Origin: Octopus vulgaris
Lineage: Eukaryota
NCBI GenBank assembly: GCA_951406725.2
Contig: OX597833.1
Coordinates: forward strand, 34,038,001 to 34,102,000
DNA: 64,000 bases
Reading direction: 5' to 3'
In this document: in pieces, positions 48,952 to 60,009 of the stretch
How positions within the stretch are numbered: position 1 is the stretch's first letter
How the letters are laid out: each line of letters opens with the position of its first letter
Program-made: the position numbers and the translations under genes
Notes under the pieces: generated by a model
The model's input: only the letters and a program-made list of their open reading frames with translations
What the model was told of the DNA's origin: nothing
Database searches by the model: none

Positions 48952-49985
48952 AGACATGCCCTCAGTTGCTAAGATGGCCACCCTTGCTAGTTATGCAGAT
49001 AACACAAAAGTCTCCCACACAATACAAAACCCTGGAAATATTGCTCATCTGCAACAGGAGTTGGATACAATATACAGGTGGGCTGAGGACAACAACATGC
49101 AGTTTAATGCAAGTAAGTTCCAGGCCCTGCGCTACCAGCACACAAAGGTAAACGACATGCAGACTGGATACACTGGCCTGGGAAGAATTGTAATTCCTGA
49201 GTCAAAATCAGTGCGTGACCTAGGCATTGACATGAGCAATGATGCATCTTTCCAAGTGCATATTACTAATTTGGTGATAAAATGCAGACGGCTAGCTGGA
49301 TGGATTCTCCGAACTTTCAGAACAAGAGAGGAGACACTGATGGTCCTGTGGAAAACTTTCGTCCTCAGCCACTTGGATTACTGCTCCCAACTATGGTCAC
49401 CACACAATATAAAGCTAACAGCAGAACTAGAAGCAATTCAAAGTAGCTACACTAAGAAGATTGTCTCAATGCAACATATCAGCTACTGGGAAAGACTGAA
49501 AGTATTAAAACTCTTCTCCCTAGAGCGAAGGCGAGAGAGATATGCAGTGATATACATCTGGAAAATCCTGGAGGGTCTTGTCCCAAACTTTGGCATTCAA
49601 AGTTACCCCAACCGCAGAATGGGGCGCCACTGCATGGTGCCAAAGATTCCAACATCACCATCAAAATACAGGACCAGATACTGCAACAGCTTGGGTTTCA
49701 GAGGACCACAGCTTTTCAACACACAGCTCTTCAACATCCTCCCTAAATGCCTGAGAGACTTGCATGGTGTGGATGTGGGTTTCTTTAAAACTAAACTGGA
49801 TCTCTTCTTGTTGGAGGTCCCAGATGAACCTACCTCTCGGCAGGAGACACAGATGCGGGCAGCGGCATCGAACTCCCTTGTTGACCAAGTGCCACATATC
49901 AGAGGTGGATTCACATATTAGTGTAGCTCATTCAGCGGTGGTTCCCCAGCATGGCCGCAGCCTTCGGGTTGAAACATTTTTAAGG
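48952..49985 (+). mobile_element. 5'-truncated CR1-type LINE (ORF 48956-49921)
   Basis: YADN (DD changed to DN), VRDLG, LDYCSQLWSP, SLERRRERY; 3' stem-loop cagcatggccgcagccttcgggttgaaac. Confidence 0.92.
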
Positions 49986-50189
49986 ATATACATTATATAT
50001 ATATATATTCCCTTCCTTCCTGAGCGTCCAATAATACTATAGTTGTTCCACGTCCTTGCATTATTGTGTTTTCTCTTTGTGTTTTCATGAGATCGAAAAA
50101 AGGAGAAAGCAGACAAAGAAGCCTGGGTTATAAAAGATATTAAATTAAACCCAAAGGCCTTCTTTCATTACGCGAAAGAAACAGTCTCA

Positions 50190-51995
50190 GTGCACTACAA
50201 GATAGGACCCCTCCTCCAAAAGGATGGCTCCCTCACAAACAGTCCAACTAAGATCAGTGAGATGCTGAATGACCAGTTCAAAAGTGTCTTTACCACCCCA
50301 TTGGAACACAGACAAGTGAACGAACCAGTGGACTTCTTTGCCACCTCACCTATAACCAGCGAGGCGGTTACAATAGAATGTATTGACATTAGCGAAAAAG
50401 ATGTCCTACTAGCCATAGATGAAGTGGACACAAACTCAGCTGCTGGTTTCCCAGCCATCCTCCTCAAAGCGTGTAAGCAATCCCTGGAAAAACCCCTCAA
50501 GATTCTCTTCCAGAGCTTTCTTGCGAATGGCAAACTGCCAAGCAAGCTGAAGGAGGGAATAATATGCCCAATACATAAAGGGGGAAGTAGAGCATATGCC
50601 AAAATCTATAGGCCTATCTCTCTGACTTCACACATCAGCAAAGTCATGGAACGGATAGTCAGAAAGAAACTAATCGCATTCCTTGAGGAAAATAACTTGC
50701 TGAGTGATACCCAGCATGGTTTTCGACCAGGTAGGAGCTGCCTGACCCAGCTCTTACAACATTATGACTGGGTGTTGAGGCAGTTACTCAACAAATCAAA
50801 TGTGGACATAATCTACCTTGATTTTGCAAAAGCTTTTGACAAGGTGGATCATTGTATGATATGCCACAAACTGTGTGACCTCGGCATCGCTGGAAAACTT
50901 GGAGTGTGGTTACATGATTTCCTGAAAGATAGGAGTCAGGCGGTAGTGGTTAATGAAGCCACCTCTATGAACACACAAATAGTGAGCAGTGTTCCACAGG
51001 GCACTGTCTTGGGACCACTGCTTTTTATAGTGGCCCCCTCAGATATGCCCTCAAATGCCCGGATAGCCACTCTAGCCAGCTATGCAGACGATACGAAAGT
51101 CTCGCAGAAAATACAGAACCCCAGCGATGTTGCACACCTGCAGCAGGAGTTGGACTCAATCTACAGATGGGCTGAGGATAATAATATGCAGTTTAATGCT
51201 GAAAAGTTCCAGGCCCTGCACTACCAGCATCCAAAACTGAATATTAAACTTACAGGATACACCGGTCCACAGGGAATTTCAATCCCAGAGCCTAAGTCTG
51301 TGAGGGACCTGGGTATCGATATGAGTGATGATACCTCTTTCCAAGTGCACATTACCAGGATGGCGACAAAGTGCAGACGACTGGCTGGGTGGATCCTAAG
51401 AACATTCAGAACCAGAGATAAGGAAACCATGATGGTCCTCTGGTGGACATTCGTCCTCAGCCGCCTGGATTACTGCTCACAGCTATGGTCACCCACCAGT
51501 GTAAAATTAACAACGGACCTTGAAGCAATCCAGAAAAGATTCACAAAGAAGATCGTCTCTTTGCAACAGCTCAGCTACTGGGAAAGGTTGAAACAGCTAA
51601 GACTCTACTCCCTGGAGAGAAGACGGGAGAGGTATGCAGTAATATACGTCTGGAAGATCCTGGAAGGAATTGTGCCAAATTTTGGCATTGTAAGCTACAC
51701 CAATGCTAGAACGGGACGACACTGCATAGTGCCAAAGATCCCAGCTATGCCATCATGCTTCAGGACCAGCTTCTGCAACAGCCTGGGTTTCAAGGGCCCA
51801 CAGGTTTTTAATATTCTCCCAAAGAGTCTGAGGAACTTGCACAAAGTAGATGTAGCAGTTTTTAAATCAAAGCAGGACATCTTCCTGTCGAGAGTCCCAG
51901 ATGAACCTACCTCACGGCAAGAGGTACAAATGAGAGTAGCTATATCAAACTTCATTCTTCACCAAGTGCCACATATTAGACGAGGTTCTTCGTAA
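50190..51995 (+). CDS. CR1-type LINE ORF2 reverse transcriptase (5'-truncated element ~50090-52060, no endonuclease)
   Basis: 601-aa open frame: YRPISLTS, QHGFR.GRSC, YLDFAKAFD, VPQGTVLGPLLF, YADD, RDLG; the frame continues upstream (NPKAFFHYAK) to the truncation point. Confidence 0.93.
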   Translation: MHYKIGPLLQKDGSLTNSPTKISEMLNDQFKSVFTTPLEHRQVNEPVDFFATSPITSEAVTIECIDISEKDVLLAIDEVDTNSAAGFPAILLKACKQSLEKPLKILFQSFLANGKLPSKLKEGIICPIHKGGSRAYAKIYRPISLTSHISKVMERIVRKKLIAFLEENNLLSDTQHGFRPGRSCLTQLLQHYDWVLRQLLNKSNVDIIYLDFAKAFDKVDHCMICHKLCDLGIAGKLGVWLHDFLKDRSQAVVVNEATSMNTQIVSSVPQGTVLGPLLFIVAPSDMPSNARIATLASYADDTKVSQKIQNPSDVAHLQQELDSIYRWAEDNNMQFNAEKFQALHYQHPKLNIKLTGYTGPQGISIPEPKSVRDLGIDMSDDTSFQVHITRMATKCRRLAGWILRTFRTRDKETMMVLWWTFVLSRLDYCSQLWSPTSVKLTTDLEAIQKRFTKKIVSLQQLSYWERLKQLRLYSLERRRERYAVIYVWKILEGIVPNFGIVSYTNARTGRHCIVPKIPAMPSCFRTSFCNSLGFKGPQVFNILPKSLRNLHKVDVAVFKSKQDIFLSRVPDEPTSRQEVQMRVAISNFILHQVPHIRRGSS

Positions 51996-52136
51996 TAACA
52001 GTGTAGCACAAAATGGCGGTGCATCAGCATGGCCGCAGCTCTGAGCCGAAACTAGAGGGAAAAAAAAAATATAATATATATATATATATATAATATATAT
52101 ATATATATAATATATATATATATATATTATTTTTTC

Positions 52137-52222
52137 TTTCAGCTCAGAGCTGCGGCCATGCTGATGCACCGCCGTTTTGTACTACACTGTTATTACTAAG
52201 AGCCTCCTCTAATATGTGGCAC
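52137..52222 (-). repeat. Inverted duplicate of the LINE 3' end (51966-52051)
   Basis: ttcagctcagagctgcggccatgctgatgcaccgcc...taatatgtggcac. Confidence 0.9.
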
Positions 52223-52246
52223 ATATTATGAGGAACAGTGCTTTGG

Positions 52247-53422
52247 CCACCAATACAGTTATCTCTTGCACACCACATCTGATTCCTCTTATGCCTAACT
52301 TTCCTCTCAAGATGCTTACACTCTGTCGAACATGCACACTGACATTGCACATTTAGTCAAGCATACTGGCTTCATTTCTCTCAAGTCTACACATGTTTCA
52401 CTGCTCTGCAGTATAGTTGTTCGCACACAGGCATCATACAATCTGTCTTTCACTCTGAGAGAGAGATGCCCTTTGTTGCCAGCAGGGGTAGGAGCTCTCT
52501 GAACTTTGCCTTCTCACAGTTACACTCTCAGGACAACTACCTCCACTACTAACCTGGTCGCCCAGATACCAGAAACTGTCTACAACCTCTAGCTTGCCCC
52601 CCTTGTTGATGGGGTCTATTTCTCGCACATGTTCAACATTTATTATGCCTGTGCTCCTTCCACATATAAAAGTTAGTTTTCCTGTTAACCTTCCTTTGAT
52701 GTTGCTGCACCTTTTTTGTGTCCAAAGCTTACACTGGGTGCATCTTATGGAGTTTCTATCTACACCTTTTCTACAGATTGAGCAGAGCCATCTATCTGAG
52801 AGGATTTGTGATTTGTCTGCCTTCCTACTTACTATGACTTTGTTTTTTACTAGGTTAACTCTAAGACTCTTTGAGTCTAGACCCTGATTCTATACCTGGA
52901 ACTTCTCTAACTCAGGTAGTGATTCAGCTATAAGAGCAAGGTCATCAGCATAGATGAGCTCCCAGGGGCAGCCTGTCTTGAATTTCTCTGTTATTGCCTG
53001 GAAGACTATGATGAACTAGAGGGACTGAGCACCAATCCTTGGTGAACCCCTACTTGTACCTTGAATTCTACACTGTACATTGTCCATCCTCACCTTACTG
53101 GTAGCGTCTCTGTACAAGGCTTGTACAGTTCTCACCATCCACTCGTCTATCCTTTGTTTCCGCACTGACCACCAGATAAAAGATCAGGGCACTCTGTCGA
53201 AGGATTTATCCATGTCAACATAAGCCAAGTACAGAGGTTAATCTTTGGCTAGGTATTTCTCCTACAATTACCTTACTAGAAATATAGCATCAGTGGTGCT
53301 TCTACCTAGCACAAAGCCAAACTGCATCTCATCTAGACTAAATCTCTCCCTGATTAGTTGGGATATGATTCTCTCCACAACTTTCATCACTTCATCCAAC
53401 AGTTTGATACTTCTGTAATTAT
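52247..53422 (-). pseudogene. RTE LINE RT core with inserted PHD-like finger
   Basis: NYRSIKLL, QFGFV, VGVHQG, PWELIYADDL, CSIC..CTQC..C..C, SFWYLGD. Confidence 0.9.
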
Positions 53423-53432
53423 ATATATATAC

Positions 53433-53801
53433 AAGCACAGGAGTGGTTGTGTGGTAAGTAGCTTGCTTACCAACTACATGGTTCCAGGTTCAGTCCCACT
53501 GTGTGGCACCTTGAGCAAGTGTCTTCTACTATAACCTTGGGCTGGCCAAAGCCTTGTGAGTGGATTTGGTTGACAAACTGAAAGAAGCCTGTCACACACA
53601 CACACATATATATATGTCTGTCTGTCTGTGTTTGTCCCCTACCATCGCTTGACAACCGATGTTGGTGTGTTTACATTCCTGTAACCTAGCAGTTCCAAAA
53701 AAGAGACCCAAAGAAGAAGTCTTGGGGTTGATTTGTTTGACTAAAGGCAGTACTCCAGTATAGCCACAGTCAAATGACTGAAACAAATACAAGGAAAAAA
53801 A

Positions 53802-53802
<1 letters not shown>
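53433..53802 (+). mobile_element. Near full-length tRNA-derived SINE
   Basis: gcacaggagtggttgtgtggtaag (A-box-like), ggttcagtccc (B-box-like), ggcaccttgagcaagt; LINE-like tail cagtcaaatgactgaaac. Confidence 0.9.
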
Positions 53803-53848
<46 letters not shown>

Positions 53849-53873
53849 ACAACAATTGGAGCGTGGAAGGTGT

Positions 53874-54116
53874 TTATAAGCCATTTAAAAACACACAAAA
53901 ACCGTTAGATTCACTTCAACATTTAAATTTAATTTGCCAAAATATTTTCGTCGCTTTGAGACCGCGACCTGTTCACTGCCAAAATTCCATGATACACCAT
54001 GGAATTTTATCAGTGAACAGGTCGCGGTCTCAAAGCGACGAAAATATTTTGGCAAATTAAATTTAAATGTTGAAGTGAATCTAACGGTTTTTGTGTGTTT
54101 CTTAAATGGCTTATAA
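53874..54116. repeat. Near-perfect ~118-bp-arm palindrome (6-nt loop)
   Basis: Arms 53874-53991 and 53998-54116. Confidence 0.95.
54008..54054 (+). ncRNA. Hammerhead-like motif with swapped G3-C8 core
   Basis: TATCA-GTGAACA-G-GTCGC(GGTCTCAAA)GCGAC-GAA-AATATT-T-TGGCA; mirror copy at 53935-53981(-). Confidence 0.6.
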
Positions 54117-54193
54117 TGGCTTCCATGCTGCAATTGTTTTTGTTACAGCACAAGATCTTAGATCAGGTCACTTGGTATGCATGTACATCTATG

Positions 54194-54239
<46 letters not shown>

Positions 54240-54334
54240 GCATTATAAACAACAACAGATAAAAGATGTATATATATATATATATGACAGAAGGTCCCTA
54301 ATTTTGCATGAGCTATCAACCAAAATACTAATAC

Positions 54335-55397
54335 TCAGATGCTGATGACATTGTTCTTATAGCTGAATCACTATCAAAACTTCAGAAGTTTCAGATGTGG
54401 AAGCAAGGTCTAGAATCAAATGAGTAGTGAGGATGGATGCTCTGAGAGCATAGCTGCTAGAATGAGAATAGGTTGGGCAAAGTTCAGAGAGTTCCTACCT
54501 CTGTTGGTAACAAAGGGCCACTTTCTCAGAGTGAAAGGCAGATTGTATGATGACAGTGTACAAACAGCCATGTTACATGGCAATGAAACATGGGCAGTGA
54601 CTGCCAAGGACATGCTTAGGCTTGAAAGAAATGAAGCTAGTATGCTTGGCTGGATGTGCAATGTCAGTGTGCATGTAGGACAGTGTAAACGTCTTGAGAG
54701 AAATGCTGGGCATAAGAGGCATCAGATGTGGTGTACAAGAGAGATGACTGTTGGTACAGTCATGTGATGTGTATGGATGTGGACAGTTGTGTGAAGAAGT
54801 GCCAATCTCTACCAGTGGAAGGGAGAGACCCAGGAATACATGGGACAAGGTGGTGAAGCATGATCTTCAGATGTTGGGCTTCATGGAGGCAATGACTAGG
54901 GACCGAGATCTTTGGCAATGTGCTATGCTTGAGAAGTCCCCACCCCAGGCCAAGTGAAATCATAACTGGCCATTGTTGCGTAACAGGTGCCAGTGGCATG
55001 TAAAAGCACCTTTCAAGCGTTGGGCTTCACAGAAACAATGTGGCTGATGCTGGTGTCATGTAACTACCACCTGTGCCGGTGGCACATAAAATGCACCTTC
55101 TGAACGTTGGACCAAATGACCAAGACCTTTGGCAATATGCAATGCTTGAGAAGACTCATCAAGCCAAGTGAAATCATAGTTGTGAGAGATATTGGTGTCA
55201 GGCAAAGTCACACTTGTGCCGGTGGCACATTAAAGCACCCATTGAACTCTCGGAGTAGTTGGCATTAGGAAGGGCATCCAGCCGTAGAAACCATGCCAAA
55301 TCAGACGAGTCAGATGCAGCCCCCCAGCTTACAGCCCTGATCAGACCGTCCAGCCCATGCCAGCATGGGACAACGGACATTAAATGATGATGATGAT
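54335..55397 (+). mobile_element. RTE LINE 3' fragment, internally deleted
   Basis: ADDIVLIAES, then a jump to GCSESIAARMRIGWAKFRE; RPRNTWD; (GAT)n tail. Confidence 0.88.
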
Positions 55398-55683
55398 GTG
55401 TGTGTCCACCACTACCGCGTGTCAACTGGTGATGGTGTTTTTACGTCCCTGTTAACTAGCGGTTCGGCAAAAATGATCGATAAAATAAACACTAGGCTTA
55501 AATAAAAAGTACTGGAATCGATTAATTCGACTAAAAGTTCTTCAAGGTGATGCCCCAGCTAGCCGCAGTCTAATAACGGAAACAAGTAAAAGATAAAGAT
55601 AAAGATAAAAGATATGTATATAATATATTTGTGTGTGTGCGTGCTTTACCCATACCAGCACGAAAATCGGATGTTAGATGATT

Positions 55684-55723
<40 letters not shown>

Positions 55724-55911
55724 CTCTCACACATGCACACACACTCTTATCATGTGTATGATAATCTTATGTATGTAAAGTTAAGTATTGGTCAGTTGCC
55801 GTGTTTATCCGTCGTGTATAATACGTACAGGTATGTGTTAACATATCTATTCATGTATGTTTGTTTGTTTCTGTCTTTTCGCTGAACACTCATACGTTGT
55901 CTTCGACGGGA

Positions 55912-55946
<35 letters not shown>

Positions 55947-56567
55947 TGTGCGAAAGACATAAATTATTATGCGTATCTGTAATGCCGTCACAGAATCAAA
56001 TGTTATATTTCTGCGTGCTGTTTAGTCTGTTCCTTCTTTCAACCTTTATTTATTTACCTAATGTCTTCGGCCGGCCATAATTTAATAAATGAAACCCCAG
56101 GCATTAATAAACTAACCGTCATTCTCTCACTCGTAGAAATAATAAAGCTCTTACTAGAAATTTGGATGAATGGCTATTTAATTTGTTTTCATGGCCCGAA
56201 ACTTCTTGTCGGTTTCCTTCGTTTCGTGGTTTAGTTTGTTTGTTTGTCTTAATATTTTACCTATCTACTTTGCTCGCAATTTCACGATTCATTTTCTTGT
56301 TTTATATAATATTTTGCTTTAAGTTATTCTTTCTCCATTATGACACACTGTATTCATCGCTTTCAGTCTATTAAAAAAACAACTATAAATATTTTTCTAT
56401 TTTCATTTTCTCGTTCTTTCATTCTCTCATACTTTCGTTCGCTCTGTCTTTTCTCATTCTCTCACTTGCATAGTCTGTTCTTTTCTTCACATTTACATTT
56501 TGTTTTTCTCAGTTTCTTCCTATTTTTCACTTATATTTTTCCTACACACACATATATATATATATGT

Positions 56568-56613
<46 letters not shown>

Positions 56614-57969
56614 AGAGAGATTTGGTGATGCAAGCAGGAAAATAAAACTGAAATCATGAGTATATATAATTAATAATCAGTAGAAGTTAGTGATTTAAGG
56701 GCTGAGAGTTTCGTCATTGACTCTTATCAAGCATATATATATATATATAATATACATACACACTGACACTTATCAAGGATATATATATAATTGTTGGATT
56801 TAGAATATCTCTGCCTAATCGCTAATTTTTGCTCTTTGACTAACTCTTTGACACTTTTACTCTTCCTCTCTCTGTCTCCCTTCCCTCTGTCTTTCTCTTG
56901 CTTTCCCCCACACCGCCTCCTTGTCCCCCTCTCTTTCATGTCAATTTTCTCTTTATTTTACCCCTCACTCTCTCCTCTCTTACTCCATACACACATGCAT
57001 ATACATACAAAGGTTGAGTGAGGAGAGAGGATGGATAAAAAGAAAAATTAAATATCTACGTATATGTGTCGCCGTTTGTGATATTTCTAATATCAATTTC
57101 GTGGAAACGTCAATAAAGGGGAAAATATTCTAACAAAAATGTTGTGTATACTAACTTCGATCCGTTAGTTTGCGTTCGTATATGAATTTGTGTATAAATG
57201 GGAAGCGGTGACATTGGTATGGGGGATAGGGGTATAAGCTCAATCGAATTGGTCTACCTTGCTCATTTCTGATTTAAACGTGTATGTTATGAGTTATTTG
57301 TGTTGTTTTCGTGTTGTCAGCCATATAACACGTTGGCGATCTCTCACTCTCTTATTTTTCTTTTCCACTCTTCTTTCTCCGTGTCTGTATGTCATTATAA
57401 TTCTTATCAACTACTCACAAACTGCTAATCTTCGCCGCAACCATCATCACCATTATAAAATGTTTACCTATCTTTTTCTCCGGCTTACCTCTATCTCTAT
57501 CTTTTTTTTTTATCCCTATAATAGATGCGTGTGTCCCACTTAAAAACATAACCTTTTTCATAATGGTTGTTATTGTTATTGTCCAGTTCCATGTCGGCAC
57601 TAATTGAACAGAAGACATTCCAAAATGACCGTCCTGTCTTTTTTTTTCTCAGGTACTGTGTGTCTAATAAACATTATTTAATATAGTCTTAAATGTTTTT
57701 AAAACGATAGAGTATTATTAGTTAAGAGAAATTTAACTGCTATTTTTAGCGACCACATAGAGGTTCCCTTGTTAGCTCGTTTTTATAATGGTAGCCAAGA
57801 ATGGTGTGGCTCTTCTCTACACCAAACTGACCCACTGGGTACTTTATATCTGCTCTTTCATTCACTGAAGGAACACACACACTCTCTCTTTCCCTCTTAC
57901 ACACTCATTCGTACGTACATGCATGCATACACATGTGCGCACGCACACACACACGCACACTCACACACA

Positions 57970-58102
57970 CACCCGACGTAGCAATGGAGGAGAGGAAGGG
58001 GGTTCACGCTAGAAAACAGTTGCTTTATTGAAACGGAATAAAATGGTTCGGCTTTCCTCTGTTCTAAGTTCTGTCGGAATCTGTTTGTAGATTTCCGTAA
58101 GT
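57970..58102 (+). promoter_or_regulatory. Candidate host promoter/first non-coding exon with donor C|GTAAGT (58097)
   Basis: CpG-retaining unique sequence, consensus 5' splice site, T-rich downstream, and CpG depletion resuming at ~59.2 kb. Confidence 0.35.
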
Positions 58103-60009
58103 AGTTTCAAATCTTTTTCTAGCTCTTCTTCAATCTTGCTTTTTGTTATTGATGTCGTTTCTTTTTCTTTTTTAAATGTTGTATTTGTGTTATTGAGCAA
58201 GCGATTCCTTCGTTAACTTGAAAGACAACAGTTGAAAATATGTATTTTATGAATTACGAAAAAGAAAAGTAGAAATCTCTTATCGGTAAACTTTTCTCGT
58301 CAAACACGAACAATAATAATTGCTTGTAGTGACAATGGTAATTGTGATTTTTGTAATATGTAAAGTCAAAGCACAAGTACGTTGGTCACAAGCATAATAA
58401 AAATAATGATTGTAGCCATCATCGTTATTTAAATACTTGTTTCAATGTTACTATTTTTATTTTATTTTTATGCTCTGTTCGATCCAACAGTGTTCCTTCT
58501 GTAACTGAAATAATAATTATAATAGGTTATAATAGTGTCCAAGACTAAGTTTTTTTCTTTATGTTTTGAAAGTATGTTTTTAGCCATGAAAAAAATTTGT
58601 ATACAAATGTATATATATGTATGTGTGTGTGTATGCATTTCGCCTTCACGATTCCTTTTAAGCATTTTATAAATTGTAATGTCAGTCTTTCAAAACATCT
58701 CCACGACATTGTTAATTAAAGTTTCAACGTAACTTTCAGTATTAAACTCAATACCTTTAATAATGTTTCCTACCTAGCTTAATGTTTGTATAGCATATAT
58801 ATGTATGTATATAATGTGTGTGTTAGTTTACCAATAATGTTTGCACACGTTCTCGTTTTTTTTGTTTGTTTTTTTTTCATTTCATTTAAACACACACACG
58901 TATTTATAAATGGAAAATTTGAGAATGAAACAAAACAATTTATAGATATTATTGAGTTCCGATTTATTATTCATGTCAAATATCTTTGTATACGGCATTG
59001 TATTTAACGGGAGCATTTTGATGTATTACATAGTATCTCAATAGATTAAACTAATTTCTCTTTTTCGTGTCCGTTTATGTTGTTACTTATACATGTTTTT
59101 ATGGATTTATTTTGTAATTTCTCCAAGTTAAATCATCTAAGAAAGCTATATCCACACCTGGATTTTGCTGAAGGTATTTATCAAATATGCTTAGTGTGAT
59201 CTTTTTATATTTCTAAACTTCATAACATTAAACGACGTGGTGTTAACCTGGCAAGATGCTCCAGCTGTGATTGAGATTTTAAGTTACCGTCCACTAACTT
59301 TGCATACTTTGCATTCAGTATGGTGATGACCACTAGCTGGTTGTGCACTCAACCCAAATTATTTTTATGTAATAAGATATATCTGGGAAGTTCTTTATTG
59401 ACAGTAGCATTTTTTATTTTAATTTTTTTTATTAACTATTTTAACAGAACTGAAGTTATTTGAGTCAGCAATGGAATAACACCTGGCATAGTCTATTTGA
59501 CAAATGAAAATGTTTAACCTATCTACACCAGCATGTTAAAACATCTTGACCAAAAATAAAATTTAAAAAATAAAAAACTTGAAAACAATAAAAAAAAAGG
59601 CTCCATTCACACCAACACAGAATTGGTTATTATACTGGATGGGCATGACTGTGGTTAAGAAGTTTACTTCACAACTATGTAACTTTGTGGTTCAGTCCCA
59701 CTGTGGTACCTTGGGCAAGTGGCATCTACCTTAGCCCTAGGTTGGCCGAAACCTTGTGAGTGAAATTTAGAAGATGGAAATCCATGAAAAAAAAAAAGGG
59801 TTTTTGGTTGGTATACAACCCATTACCTGTCTTGTGAGTGTCTTTAGCATACTAAACTCTGTTGTTAGGTAAGGAACAAAAGATAAAAAGGCAAACTTAA
59901 TGGTTGCCAGTGACTGGCATACAATTTACGAAATGTCAGGAAGGCATTGTGACAAAAAAAAAATGCCAAATGTAACATTTGAATAAATATTTATTTTCAT
60001 GACGAAGTT

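Noticed and set aside
58009-58200. 63-aa charged minus-strand ORF
   Set aside because: Non-ATG start, no recognisable domain; explained by the T-rich plus strand.
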